Shown: positions 47,143-61,206, counted from the stretch's first letter. The stretch is DNA of 64,000 nucleotides from Neodothiora populina (GCF_041146345.1 NW_027191404.1:1550001-1614000); one strand, 5' to 3'. Notes: generated by a model not told the origin, from the sequence alone. Numbers and translations: made by a program.

Positions 47143-47697
47143 GCGGTGGCAAGGCAAGGGTGTTCATCTTTTCTTGCTCTGCACTAGGCTGTCGACAACA
47201 GATGGCAAGAGGAAGCGTGTGTGTCATTCGGAATACATTGCATCGAGTGTCCCTCTTTTCTTTCTCTGGGGCCGGACCATCAAAAACCACATTCTGGGTT
47301 TCTTTTCTTTAGCGTGGCGTTAGCGGGTGGAATAGAAGGGAGGACTATCAAGAACAACAAGAAAAAGGGCATGCGACTGGAACTATCGAGGTCGAGGGTG
47401 GAGAAGATCACAGGCGCGATATAGAATCAAGAGAAAGACTATCAAGAACACAGCTCTTGTATCACATTGGGTTTGTCAGGATTGGAATCTCCATGAATCC
47501 AATTGAGCCGGCGAAGAGCGTTTCACCACACCAAGTCCTGTTTTACCTCTGGTAACTCACAAGTGAAAAACGATCAAGGATGAGAGATGTTCAAAAAAGG
47601 AAAAAAAAGTGCAATTTCGGGGGCTGGTTGTGGATGAATGCATGCACGATACTGTACATTATAGAGAACAAAGAACACAGCTCCTCCGTAGTTATGT

Positions 47698-48768
47698 CTA
47701 AAAGGCACCGTCGGTCCTCATCTTCTGCTCACTCGTCCACGGCTCGCTCGTCAAACTGGTGGGCTTGTGTGCGGGCTCGCAGCTGACTCTGCCGCTCAGA
47801 GGACCAGGCGTCGGCAGCTTGACACCCTGTGCGCTGTAGCTTCGTCCCTGGCTCGCGATCTCGGCTCCCGAGCCTGCCTGGCCCGCCGAGGCCTCCTTTC
47901 CTGCCTCGCCGGCGAGCCCGGGGGCCTGGCCGCTCGCGCCCGTCGCCTTTGCTGCCTGTGCTAGCGCTGTGAGCAGAGACTTTGTGGTCTCCGGGGTCAG
48001 GTCCTCGTAGTAGTCGTCGTTGATCTGCACCATGGGGGCGTTGGCGCATGCGCCCAGGCACTCGACCTCGGTGAATGTGAAGAGGCCGTCCTTGGTGGTC
48101 TCGCCGTGGTGGATGCCGAGGTTCTCCTCGATGGCCTTCATGATTCCGTCTGAGCCTCTGAGCTGGCAAGGGGTCTATTATCTTCAAGTCAGCACCTGCG
48201 CAGGCTTTTTAGGTCTCTGGTGGTCAAGTTCGTACAGTTGTGCAGCATTGGACGTGGAATTTCCCGACAGGACTCCGGTTGTACATGGTGTAGAAAGTGG
48301 CAACCTCATAAACACGCATGGGAGGCATCTCGAGCAGTCTGGCGACCTCGTTCATGACGCTGATGCTGGTGAATCCGTGTTGTCGCTGGCCGAGATCGAG
48401 CAGGGGCATGACTGCGGCCTTCTTGTATTGTGGAGGGTATCGGGCAAGCACCTCTTGCATGAGCTTCTCGTTGATCGCATTGAATTTGAAGGGGACGTCG
48501 GGGTTGTTTTCCGGCGAGTCGCGATGCTGCAGGAGAACGACATGGTCAGTCAAGCTTGTCTTTCGATCAAGTCTAGCCGTATCGCTGGACAAGGACGAGC
48601 GCAACGGCAGAATGCAGAATGGTGAAGAAGGCAGTGATGACATACGACCATGAGAGAATCGCTTCGGACGGCGGGAGTCGAGACAAAAGACCGGCGCGGC
48701 TGCTTGAATGCTGCCCGCAGCACTCTGCTGCCACTTCGGAAGGCCATTGGGGTGAATTTGGTAGCCAT
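47698..48768 (-). CDS. NDUFV2: NADH:ubiquinone oxidoreductase 24-kDa subunit (2Fe-2S); introns 48527-48645 and 48175-48235
   Basis: Mitochondrial presequence, [49 protein letters not shown] and [13 protein letters not shown] motifs. Confidence 0.96.
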
Positions 48769-48823
48769 TGTGAGGGTGGTGGTGTATAGCGAATGCGAAT
48801 GTATCGTCTTTCTCGTGCAGGTC

Positions 48824-48863
48824 GACTTGACTTGACTTGACTTGACTTGACTTGACTTGACTT
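48824..48863. repeat. (GACTT)8 perfect microsatellite upstream of the 24-kDa subunit ATG
   Basis: Eight exact GACTT units, about 55-95 bp upstream of the start codon. Confidence 0.95.
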
Positions 48864-48893
48864 GGATGCTGGAGAGGCAGGCACGAAGCTCAG

Positions 48894-48916
48894 CCAATGA
48901 CATGTCGCCCATTGAC
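48894..48916 (+). promoter_or_regulatory. Putative bipartite CBC:HapX site upstream of the complex I 24-kDa gene
   Basis: CCAAT-GACATGTCGCCC-ATT(GAC) matches CSAAT-N12-RWT with an overlapping TGAC. Further CCAAT boxes at 48942 and 49013. Confidence 0.5.
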
Positions 48917-49307
48917 ATTTGGTGCACAGACTCTTTTCCCTCCAATCACAGACTCCGACCTCGAGTGATTCTGACCTCGACACAATTTAGGCATGTCTTT
49001 ATGCAGAAATCACCAATTATGCAACATCAATCAATTGCGCAAGGTTCGCTGTAGTCGAATTGTCTCCAAATCATGACTGTAGAGTAATCTCTCGACTGCC
49101 TCACTATACCGTTCAAGCAGGAATGATTACCACTACCTCGTGGGAACAACTTGAGTGCAGAGATACGTGTTTCCATACCATGTCAAGGAAATACAACTTA
49201 TTCGTGTCACCATGGGTCATTGACACGAGTGAGAGTGGTCTGATATGTACAGAATCCAGATATCGTACAGTCCCAGTCACTCAATCCATAGAGGAACATG
49301 ACACAGT

Positions 49308-50131
49308 CTACCTCCTCTGCATATCGAGAATCTCGGGGTGCTTGTGCACACTGGGCATGAGACCCAGTCCGATTGCGCGTCGCACTGCTTTGGCTAGTCT
49401 CCTCTGGTTGACGGGTCGTAGACCGGTGTCTCTGGAGTGCTTTATTCTTCCAGTCTCGGTCATGTACTCGGACATCATTGCAAAGTTCTGTAAGAGCGTG
49501 ACTTGTCAGTTCATCGTGCGCATACAACCCGTGTGAAGAGACAGGCGTGAAGTCGTACCTTGTAGTGGTCCATGGGGTTGATCTGCAGCAGATCAAACAC
49601 ATCTCTCTTTGGTCTTCCCTTGGGCTGTGACTGTCTCCATTTGCTCATCTCGACACCGCTCAGATCGTGAGGGGCGTACACGTCTCCGCTCTTCCATCTG
49701 CGCGTGAGTTGTCGCTCGAGGTCCTGACGATCATTGGCGCGCTGAATGTCTGCGAGTGACTCCTTTCTCTTGTTCGCAGCACCGATTTTCTGTAGCGAGT
49801 CTTCCATGACGGCAAACAGCGATGAGTTTGGACGATCCGCCCGTTTCGGCTGGTTGAACTGTGGGCGAGCGCGGACCTGGGTGGTGTTGCGAGGTCGCGG
49901 GTTCTGAGTGTTCTGCTCGGCTTTCATATTGGCCATCAACGCTGCGACATCATCAGCATCATGTCACAGATCATCGAGCATTGCGCTCCCAAGTGGTGCC
50001 GACACACCTGTCCACGGGTTTCCCTCTGCGCCCTCGCTGCACCTGGCCGACGAGCTGAAAAGCCGCAAAGATTTTGTGTAGGCCTGCGTGGGCCGCCTGG
50101 CCGCAGCCAGTGTGGTGTTGTACAATGACAT
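49308..50131 (-). CDS. RSM18: Mitochondrial ribosomal protein S18 (bS18m); introns 49942-50007 and 49488-49558
   Basis: Presequence, RRWKSGDVYAPHDLS, and spliced NPMDHYK-NFAMMSEYMTETGRIKHSRDTGLRPVNQRRLAKAVRRAIGLGLMP (S18 signature). Confidence 0.92.
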
Positions 50132-50596
50132 GTCGTTTGTATGTGTCGACAAGAAGACTAGACCTTGGTGGTGGTGGAGGCGTACAAGTCAAGCAGTATA
50201 TAATATTGTTCCATTTCCAGCTCACTCACCACCCAAAACCGCCGGCGCTTCGGGGAAGAGCAGATGTTCTCCGACCTCAAAAAGTCTTGGCAGACAACTT
50301 TTGGAACTGCCAGTCCATTGAATGTGATCGGCGACAATACTACAGTATACTATGCAAACAACTGTGTATGTTGACTTTTCGTGATTAATACCTCTGCTGC
50401 ACTGTCATGGGAAAAACACCTGTTTCCGGACTGTAGACAGCAATTGACGAATGGACTCGTGACAATGTGTCCGACACTACGCCGCGTATAAAACACCCAG
50501 TTGTACTCTCCAAAGTACACATCCAGAAACATAAGACATCAGAGACGACAAGCCGACCGAGCTGCTGCTTCGATACACTTTGCCGCTCAGTCCGAT

Positions 50597-53055
50597 ATGC
50601 CCTCCCAGCTCTCCCGGGTCGTCTTCCGGAATCTGCTCACCAATGAGCCCATTGTATATCCAGGATGTCTGCGCCGTCCCTCGAGGTTACGTCCAGCACT
50701 GCAACCGCGGAGGTGTCTTCAGCGGCCGCAAAGACGTGGCTTCTTCAATATATTCAGTCCGCCGCCGACACGAGAGGCTCTAGGAGCAAGCATTGATCCG
50801 GGTCTGGAGAAGTTGATGGAGCTGGCCAAGATGGAGAGACTCAACGCGAGACTTCCACCGCCGGAACAGGTCGCGCAAGCCTTCGTCAAATTCTTCGAAT
50901 ACAAACGCGATAGGAAGGAAGCCCTCGAGGATGTACAGGCCCAGTATGCCTTGCAAGCACTGAGTTATCTACAAGCACAGCACGACGAGTTTCTCGCCCT
51001 ACCCTCCCTCAGACACGCTCTGTCTGTCCTGGAAACGCGACCACGGCAGCCTTCCGGCGTACATGCCCAATTGGCCATCGCTCTATACGATGCTCTTAGC
51101 GCCAGCAACGTCCGCAGAGACGAGAAAAAGTTTGACATGGCCTTCCTCGAATCTTTGACCAAAGCACTATCGAGGGCTGGTTCGCCCGGTGTAGCGAGAG
51201 ACCATCTCCTAGCGTCTTTGCAGAAGACCGATGTTTCTGATGCAAACAGCACAGGCAAATCCTCCACTACAAGTATACCGCTGGCTTGCTGGAAAGAAAT
51301 CCTCAAGGCTTTCAAGGATCAAGGGAACACATCCGAGTTTCACCAAACCATCGCCCTTATGGAAGAGCATCGTGTCCCAATGACAATGTCCACGGTAATC
51401 TTCATGGCTGAACTCAGTGCTTCGGCCGATGACATCGAGGGAGCAAGGCAGTGGTATCAGCGTAGCATGCAACCCGATGTCATGCACAAAGGACTCAAAA
51501 GTACAGCGCAGCTGCAAGAAATCTTGGTACACCTTTGTATAAGGACGTCGCAAGTCGCATTTGGCCAATCAATCATCAAGGACATGATGTCGGGCACTCT
51601 CACGAAATTGCAGTGGGATTTGATCTTCGTGTGGGCAGCGGGCATCGGCAAGGGCGTCGACGAGATCAACCGTATGATGGGAGTCATGGAGAAAGCCAAT
51701 CAAGACATAGAAGATGAGAAGCTACGCTGTTATCCGGACGCCTCAACTATCAATCGTTTGGTAGAGCTAGCGATATCCCGGAATGACCCTTACACTGCAG
51801 AGCGGTACATTACACTTGGAGAGAAGCGCCAAATACAGCCGAATGCTCGTACCTTTACATTGCAAATCGACTACCGATTGTCTGTCAACGATGTGGATGG
51901 TGCTCTCGTCGCATACAAGCACCTACAGGCTCAAGACGTGTCAGACGATGAAGACTTGCCGTCTGTCAATCGCCTCATATGCGCAATGTGTGCCTCTGGA
52001 CGACAAGATTTCGACTCCATCATGAACGTCGCAGCAGACCTGTCTGACCGCCGCGCTAAATTCGAGGCACCCACTGTTTCCGCGCTCTCTCTTCTCCACT
52101 TGTCAAGAGGAGAGTTCGAAGACGTGGCTGACCTGCTGAATACGCATGTCTTCCACTTGTCTGGCTCCGATAAGGCGTCTGTGCGAGACGTCCTTGTGAA
52201 ATTCTGTACAGACACGACGACATCAACTACGAAAGCCTGGAACACGTATGCTATCCTTAAGAAAATATTCGATGAGACATCACGGGAACAGCGCTCGCTC
52301 TTGATGAACGACTTCTTCCGCCGAGGCCGCGCGGATATGGCGGTTCATGTCTTCAACCACATGAGAATTCATACACGAGAGGATGTCTTGCCGACCATTG
52401 ATACCTACGTGTCTTGCTTGGCGGGTATCGCAAATGTACAGGATGCTGAGAGTCTCGAGGTTGTCCACAACCAACTAAAGCTTGACGACAGCATCGAGCC
52501 GAATACGCGCCTGCTCAATGCCTTGATATTGGCATACACAGCTTGTGGCGTCCCCAGACGCGCGCTGAGCTTCTGGGATGAGATTATACAGAGTCGTGAG
52601 GGACCGACACTCAACAGCATTCATCTGGCTCTCCGGGCGTGTGAGGATGCTCCTTGGGGCGACGAGAAGGCACGAACAATATGGGCTAGACTCAAGCTGA
52701 CGGGTCTGGATCTTGATCAGTCTCTCTGGGCGAGCTATGCCGGTGGCTTGGTCGGCAACGGCAAGGTGGACAGCGCAATAAATGACCTCGAAGAAGCACA
52801 CGATGCGAACCAGCTAGAAATGAGTGCATTCATGTAAGTGTTGCTATATGAGAGAAGGTATGATCGCAAGCTGATAGCATCAACAGACTAGGATCGTTGT
52901 TCAACGCAGCTCCTGGGCAGTCGAAGCAGACAGATGTCGAAGAGTGGGCCAAGCAACGCTTCCCTGCGCTCTGGCGCGAACTGGAAGACATCGGCATGCG
53001 CGTGTCGTCGGACGGTATGCGACACTTCCGAATTGATCGACATGTCGATCCGTGA
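50597..53055 (+). CDS. CIA84: Complex I intermediate-associated protein 84-like (mitochondrial PPR protein); intron 52834-52886
   Basis: Arg-rich presequence. PPR-like repeats (PDASTINRLV, PTIDTYVSCL, PNTRLLNALILAY). WAAGIGKGVDEINRMMGVM and VHNQLKLD motifs resemble CIA84. Confidence 0.8.
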
Positions 53056-54272
53056 TCAAGAGCGATGACCCCAGCGAAGAGTATTTTGTTGATAAACGTG
53101 TACTGCACACAACGGCTGCATCTGTGTATCTATCGCATGCAGCGACACCTCAGCCAAGGGCCACGATTGGCCTTGCATCGAACATGTTACACAGAGCATG
53201 TTCGACCGGTCAGTGCTGTAAAATCCAAGGACTACTATTGTATATAAAACACAAGGCGAGGGAGGATACCTCAGGAAGGATTTCCCGGTCCGCAACAATT
53301 GGTTACTTCAGCCACAGCCGCTTCACCGGTAATGGATGTTGTAAGATATGGCTACTCAGCCTTATTCTAAATATTCTGAGGACACACTCTGTACGTGTAG
53401 CATCAATCATAACAGGCAGTGGAGATTTATCATCTCGACTGTACTAGAAGACTCGAATGCCGGAAAGCGATGGATGAAGATGTCAAGGCTTGCATTACGT
53501 CAATGTGCATGAGGGCAATCATAGTGGACCAGGTGCAGGTGGATGTGGAGGTGATGTGACGAGAGAAAAGGTAGGGTATCCTTAAAGGAGAGGTTGGGCT
53601 GGCTGGACGGGCCGTGGCCTTGATTTTACCTTTTATCTCCAAGGCTCCGTACTTGTACCTTGCCTAATTACCTTCCCTTGAGATACTCGCTTGCTGGCCG
53701 ATCTTGTTCGGGCAACTTCACTATTATCAACTTGCGAGAGCCACTTTTTGTTGTCATCGTTTCCTCGCTTTCCGTAAATACCTTACTCACGCTTGCGCCA
53801 TCTCTATACCCGAACTTTGTTCATCTTCCTGCCTGTGCATTTCTGAAGCCCAAACATCATCACCATCGTAACCTCACCATCCCCAGATCCGCGTCCGTGC
53901 GTGCCACCTCTCCCACGTCACGCGCAGGCACAAGTCAGCAGCGATCACGACGGGGACACACTAAAGTAAACTGGTTGCCTGGATCTGTGTGTGTGTATTC
54001 CTCGTGTCTGCGCCAGTGTTCGTCGGTGGACCCGCTCACTTCTTCCATTCTGCTTCTGCAGCAAAGTAATCTAAATTTATACAAACCCCATCATCTCTCT
54101 GGCCCCGCCTGACAGATCATAACAAGAAACACCCCGCCTCTTATCGCTGCGCGGCTCTTGTCCTTGTGACAGCGCAGATCATCGCGACCAACCAACTGCT
54201 GTCACTCCGACTTAAGGCGAACGTTCTCATCTCTGCTTCTGTTCGACAGTAACAGTAGGGGCGGGACCCATC

Positions 54273-57200
54273 ATGTCCGTCCTGTACAGAGATCGCGATG
54301 AACCCAGGTACACGACTGTGCGTCGCTACAAGGTCCCGGATCGCGCATTCGAAGACGACGACGTCGTCGAAGACAGGAAGCTTGTCATCAGAGAACGAGA
54401 CAGTGGACGACGAGATGTCGACTATCGCGTCATCGAGAGAGAACGAGAAATAGAACGTCCACCGACGCGCGAACGACGTGAGATTCGCTACGAACGGGAC
54501 GTTATTGAACGTCCGCCTTCCCCGCCTTCTCCGCCGCGAGTGCGAGAGTATCGCTTCGAGCGAGACATTGGACGTCACAACGACCCTTATGAACTCGAGA
54601 AGATCACCAGGACTACCGACTACTATCGCGAGCCTCCCCCACCCATCATTATCCGACAGGACCCTCAACCCATCATCATCAAGGAAGCTCCGCGCCAGGC
54701 TCTGGTGCTGAAGCGCGATGAGTCGCAGTATGACATTATCGACCGCGACGAAGTTAGGGACGATCGCCAGCTGGTGCGCAGAGAAGACACAAGGAGAAGA
54801 GACGATGAAGACTACTATTATGAGCGCACCACCCGCGAGATAGACCGAGGACCCAAGCGAGGCGGCGGTGGCGAGGAGTTTTATGATGAGCGCGACTACC
54901 GTCGTGATGTCGGCCCCCGAGATTCAGCTTCCCTATATGCAGGCGACCACTGGAGCGAAGAAGATGATGTCGTGATTGTGCGCAAAGAACGTGGCGGCTC
55001 CCGTGGAGGTTCTCCTCACCACAGAAGACATCTCGCCGAAGGAGCGATCGCAGGTATTGGCGCCGCTGAGCTCATGCGCCATCATCGCAGGAAGCAAGGC
55101 GAAGATGCTGGACACAGAGGTCGTCAGCTTATCGGAGGTGCCGCTGTTGGCGCCTTGGGGGCTGAAGCGTTGAGCCGCGCAAGGAGTCACTTCCGGGGTT
55201 CACGATCAAGATCACGCTCGAGCTCTCATTCTCATCGATCCAGACGGAGACGAAGACACCGAAGCAGAAGCAGAAGTCACTCGCGAGCGCGCACCTTGGC
55301 CGGACTCGGCACTGTCGCTGTCGTCGGCGCACTTGCCGGATACGCTTTGCGCAACCGTAACAACAACAACAACAACAACAACAACAAAGAGACCGTGATT
55401 GTCAACGAGCGCCGCAGTCGATCGAGGCGCCGTCGAAGTTCTGTTGGCAGTGCGCCGGCAGCCATCGAGGAACGTCCAAGGAGCGAGAGCAGACACCTGG
55501 ACCCAGAACACCGCAACAGACGCATTGCGCAGGCCGGTCTGGCTTCGGCCGCTGCCGCAGGTATCTGGGAACGGATCCGCAGTCGTTCTAGAGGCGGAAA
55601 GTCTCGTTCTCGGAGTAAGTTACGCACCGGAGTTCCAATTGCTGCCGCAGGTCTCGGTGGCGCAGCTATCGCTGGGCTGTATGAGCGCAATAAAGCTCGC
55701 AAGGAGGGTAAAGATGAGGAAGTGCGCGAGCGCTCCATGTCGCGATCAAGGTCGCGCAGCCGTTCCATACCTTGCCCTGATGATGGAAGGAAGCTGCGAC
55801 GAAGCACTAGTGATCCCGCCCTCATCGAGTACGGTGGCGATCCCATCTACCCTTCTGGCCGACGTGATGCGTATGATGAGCCACCCGCCGAGTATCGCCG
55901 GAGACGTCGGGGTAGCTCTGCCTCGTCGAGTCCAGAGCGTAGAAGACATAGCAGTAGACATCAATCCCGGAGCAGAAGCAGAAGCAGGAGTAGAGGCCTT
56001 GCTGAGGCTGCCGCTGCCGCCGGAGTCGCCGGAGTCGCTGCTCACGAGCTCGGTAAGAGGAATGGCCGAAAGGAAGAAAGACAGAGACGACGTAAGCTTG
56101 TAATGTGACTATGTGCAAGACCAGAGCTGATTTTCTCTCTTGTAGGTCGCGATGACTCCGAAGATGATCGCTACCCATCAGGACCGCCGTATCCACCACC
56201 TATGGGCCCGAATGCCAATGCGTACGATCCTGCAACCCAGCAGCGCGATTATTACCCAGCAACGTGAGTCGCGGATCTTGGCTTTGTGGTACTATCAGAC
56301 TTACGAAACATCACAGTAATGCGTTCCCTCCGCCGCCAGTCGAGGACTACCATGCAGCCGAGCATCCTGAATATCGACCATACGTAAGTCATTTTTTTAC
56401 TTTTCTATAGACTACACGCTGACGTAGAGAATCAGAATCCGGCAGACTATCCCCCGCCTACTGGAGGTGTTCCGCAACCTCGTCACGATCCTTATGACGA
56501 CAACTTGGGATATCCCACTGGAGGTGACACGTTTGCGGGAGACAACCGCTACAACGCTGAACGTCGCGGTAGGGGCGGTCCCGATGATGTGAGTGTGAAT
56601 GCGAACCTTGCTGCCCCCAATGCTGTTGTTGATGGGCACGAACCTACTTCCGGTGGGTGGTGTGCTCTTTTAATCTCTTCGTCCTTTTGTGTTTGCTTTA
56701 CTGAGCCATAGCTGATGTTTTACAGATAGCCTAGACACGTCCCGCCCTAAGAGCGTGCAATTTGACGTTCCACCGAAGGAAGAAGAGGAATCAGGGTCAG
56801 CTGCGCACCGGAGAGATAGAAGCAGAGACCGAGACCTGCATGACGACGATGACGAAGATGAATATGACGACCGAAAGAGAACCCGCTCCAACCGAGACGG
56901 TGATGAGTACAAAGGACACGAACGAAGACGCCATCATTCAGACTATTACGACGGCACGGCCTCAGACGACGAACAAGGCCGACGACAACATCGACGAAGA
57001 CGCCACCGCCATAGGAGCGATCAAGACGAACGAGCGACCGAAAGCGACGGCGGTGGAGGCGTCGACAGCCGCCGTCGTCGCCGTCGCAAGACTCATGGCG
57101 ATCGAGGTAGCGAGAGCCAAGCAGGAGGAGCACCGCGAGACCACCGCTCCGCGGACGACAGGTCTTCATCCGACGAAACAGAGGAACTGCCGCCGCGCTT

Positions 57201-57372
57201 CGACCAAGACGGTAGAAGAATGCCCGAGCGAGGCGAAGACCCCCTCGCGGACAAGATCCAGGATCTGTTGAGCGGAAAGGGGCTCGCGGGCGGTATTTTC
57301 AAGAGGATCGCTTCGGACTTTACGGGCGAGCCTGCTGGTGCAGGGGGTAGTGGTGGAAGAAGAAGACGATGA
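54273..57372 (+). CDS. Arg/Ser-rich fungal protein, DUF3824-like; several 3' introns (first at 56092-56145)
   Basis: Long ORF with repeated hydrophobic GA-rich segments (HLAEGAIAGIGAAEL, GLASAAAAGIW, AAGLGGAAIAGL) among RS repeats, Pro-rich middle exons, and a terminal ELPPRFDQDGRR...EDPLADKIQDLL exon. Internal exon boundaries only partly resolved. Confidence 0.75.
55359..55385 (+). repeat. (AAC)9 coding microsatellite (poly-Asn)
   Basis: Nine AAC units encoding N9. Confidence 0.9.
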
Positions 57373-57803
57373 GACATGGCCTTTTTTCCAACCCCTCTGA
57401 TTCTTTTCTTTTTTTCTCTTCTGCAGAAATGTCGTTTTTTCATAACGCGCTGATGTTCTTCACGCTTCAATGTTTTGCTTTTTCTCTATCTGACTTGAAA
57501 CACATTAATAATGAATCAACGAGATCGCATGTACTCGGCTTTTTTGATTTCGTCTCGATGCTCCCTTCTGCTTTCTATGCTTATGCTTCTGTTTTACATG
57601 TCTTTCTTGCCCTTTTTTTCCTTTTCTTTATGATATAGATGAACACAAAAAAAAAGAAACATGAACGTGCTTAATCGATTTCATGCTATACCGTGTCTGT
57701 TACCCTGTATTACTAAGCAGTGCTATAGACCGAGAGAAAAGCAAGGAGAAGAAAAATGGGAAAATGGGAGATGCATACACACGAGGAAGGTTTATTCTTC
57801 TAT

Positions 57804-60312
57804 CTAGAACAGACCGAGTAAATCCTCGTTGGTCTTTTTACCCCCTGCTCCTGTTGCTACTGCTGCTGCTGCTGCCGCTGCCGCTGGTGCTGCACTACTA
57901 CCAGAAGGAAGAGGAGCACCACCGCCGCCGTTCATGTCCATGGTGGCGAATGCGTTCATGAGATCGTTGTTGTTTCCACTGCCGCCGCCGGGTACTTGTT
58001 GTTGTTGTGGCTGATCACCACCTCCTCCTCCTCCTCCTCCTCCTCCTCCGAAAACACCCAGTAGATCCTCCATGCCGCTGCCGCCTCCCAGCACACCAGC
58101 ACTCGCAGACGTAGGGCTGGTGATGGGACTAGCGACGCGCATCGGCGTGCCCGCGAGACCTTCGAGACCGGACATGCCGGGCTGCACCGCTTTCTGATTG
58201 CTGGAAGCCGGAGCGGCGCCGTCGAAGTCGATGTCGAGCAGGTTCTCGGCCGTGGCTTGCACGGCGCTGCCGTTGCCGCCGGAGACTGCTGCTGCGGCTG
58301 CGGCGGCGGCGATGGGGTTCTCGCGCGCGTTTTGCGCCGCTTCCTCGATGGCCGCTTGTTGCAGGGCGTTGGCGCTGCTGCGGCCGTGGCCGAGGAAGGC
58401 CGAGGGCGGTTTGTGGTAGACGGATGCCAGGGTCGAGAGATTGGGGAGGAGAGCGTCGAGGAGAGGGGTCGGCAGGGATGTGATGGTTGTTGTTATCTGC
58501 GGTCGCTTGGCTAGGACGACGCTCTGGGGTTCGGGCTGTCAGTATTGGAGATGAGAAGAAAAATGAATTGAGCGCATACCTTTGCTATTTGGGGATCGCT
58601 GGACAATAAACGCCAGTAGACATATGCTCGATCACGGGTATCTGGGTTGTCACATTCTGCTGTTGCCATTTGTAGCACTTTTTGCACTAGACCTTGGGCT
58701 TGTTCGGGTTTCTTGAGGAACAGCTTGACCACGGCTGTGAGGATTTGTAGTTGCGTCTGTGATGATCACGTCAGCTGCTTTAATTTGTTAGATGCAGAGA
58801 CTTTCTTACCTGGGTGAATTCTTCAGTGAAGCCGTCGACAAAGCCAGAAAGAATATCGCCGGCATTGCTGATCTTCTCGGCGTACTCTCCCACAATCCAG
58901 ATCAAGCTACCTCTGGCATTGGGTTCGTCGAGGTCGTCGATGCATTGACATAGCTGAGGGATGATCCCCTCGTAGCCAGGATACTTTCTGAATACATCCT
59001 TGATGACAATAATAACCTCCTGCACGACATACGATACCTTGGTGTTGATGAGGTCGAGCAGCACATTGACGGCCTTTTCGCACGCATTCTCGATCTTGAT
59101 GGCTACCTGTCCGATGGCTTTGATCGCTCTCCTGACAAAATCCATGTCCACCTCCATTGCGTATTCTTTCAATTCGGCGAGCAGTTGGTCCACGTTTTGA
59201 TCGTTGGCTATTCGCACCATGATCTCGAGCTTGGTGAATTTGAGGTAGGTCGGGTCGTTGTACTTGCAGAAAAAGACGCGCATTTCCTTTGACAGGATTG
59301 AGGGCTGCTTTTGCAGCAAGAGATCGATGTTGCGGAGGGCGACGTACTGTACTTCGGGCGCGGACGACACTAGAGTGACTGTAAAAGTGGATTAGCTCTC
59401 TCGTTCAGTGCTACCAAGCAACGCCCGCGCTCAATGAAACTAACCGAGAGGAGGTGCCATCTTCTTGAGATATGTCTGCATCAAGTCGGGGCCGATGTGC
59501 TGCATGTGTAGGAAAACAGCCTTGACGGCGGCGAGCACGACACTCGGGTTGACATGTTGAAACTGAGGAACGACCCTTTCGCAAATGTGCTCTGATTCCT
59601 TCTGGTCCACCGCCTTGTAGTCGGCCAGAGTGGAGAGAATGGTGATACGTCCCCACTCGGTGCACTCATTGAGGGCCAGGAGCAGCTTCTTGAGAGTGTG
59701 CGAAGTCACCACCAGCGCCTTTGTCTCCGGAGCAGCCTCGGTGATCTCGGCCAGCGCGGTGACCGAGTTCGCAACGACCATGGGATTCGAGTCTCCGATC
59801 ATCTCCTGCAGCGTCTCCAAGAAGCCGTTCTCCAGGCAGACGTCGGGTTTCAGGTCGAACAGCTTGGCGACACAGAGCGCCGCCGTCTTTCGCACATATG
59901 GACTCTCATCTCGCAACGTCTTCCGTAATGGCTCTTCCATGTAGTCGACCATCTTGTCCACTCTGATCATGCCCATTGTCCTGATAGCCAATGCTCTGAC
60001 AAGCGGATTGGGGTCTTCCGAGTCCTGGACGAATGTGTTGACCGCCAGAATGCACAGGTCGGGATGACTTTTGGCGTAATTCATGAGATACAGATAGACG
60101 AGCTTCTTCTGGTCCAGGTCTCCGGTGGCGATGTTCTTCAAGACATCGGGGAAAAGAGCGGACACATCCTTGCCCAATGTCATGGACATGATGGTCCTCT
60201 GGATGGCTTCCTTGCGCTCCCATGCATATTGCGACACGAGGCCGGAGCGCAACTCGTACGTCTCACCCTTGCGGGGCATTGCGAGCGCGCTTCTCAGCCT
60301 GTTTACCGCCAT
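57804..60312 (-). CDS. APL2: AP-1 adaptor complex beta subunit; introns 59379-59444, 58757-58809, 58524-58579
   Basis: [59 protein letters not shown] and C-terminal [15 protein letters not shown] motifs. Confidence 0.94.
58021..58047. repeat. (CCT)9 coding microsatellite (poly-Gly in the beta-adaptin hinge)
   Basis: Nine CCT units. Confidence 0.9.
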
Positions 60313-61206
60313 CTTGCCAGCCTCTTGAGGGATCGTGCAATGCTGTGGTCGAGTGGCATCCAGCGAGGGGATAGTCTTGTTGTCGGCGACCCTTGCTGTG
60401 TTGAAAGCTGTCCTTCAACTATGCAACAAAAAGACAGAGACTCGGACACTCGATGAGCACGGAAGAGATATGTCGAGTGGAGCGGGGGATGGCGGGGTCG
60501 AGGGGTTGTATGGGAAGTGTAATGTTTGGGACCCAAGGTTGACAATAAAGGTGTAATTCGGGGGTGTAGTATAGCTTCCCCGTGCATATCCTGCATAACC
60601 TCTTCATAAGCCGTGCACAAATATCACCACAAGTACCGCATCGAGTACCTTTGTACTGTACACACTCACTTTACTCTACCATCGGCGCATACTAATATAA
60701 ACACAACACCATCGTGTCCTAGATATTTCCGACTTCTCCGTAGCCATGGTATGCCGTATAACATGTCTAGAACTCGCTTTCTGCCTGACTAACACTGATG
60801 AAGCCGTCCAACCTGCCCAATCTCCGGCGACTGTTTGTCGAGGCACGCACCGAAGCCGAAGAGAGCGCCTACTCTCGCAATGCTGTAAGTAATAGGAATT
60901 ACACGTCACTACATTTACGGTCGTGCTGACCTTTGCAAGTTCTACAACCTGGTTCTCTTCATGTCTTCGGTCGCTGTCTTCAGTATTGTTGCTCAGCGTA
61001 TGAGTGGTCAGCGTGGCTTGATCATGTCGTGAACACAAAGTATCACCATGCCATTGTTATGATCAAGTGATATCCGTACGTCGTTCAGCGGTTCGACGAG
61101 ACCATCTCGAGCTACGGAAATGGGTATCATACTTTTCTTTGGTCACCACCTAACTCCGGCGAACCGAGTCATCGAATCCTACTCAAGGTCCGCCTCTACG
61201 CTTGCT

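Noticed and set aside
48824..48863. Regular repeat considered as CRISPR-like or as coding (QVKSS)n
   Set aside because: Simple microsatellite without spacers, lying upstream of the true ATG in a eukaryotic locus.
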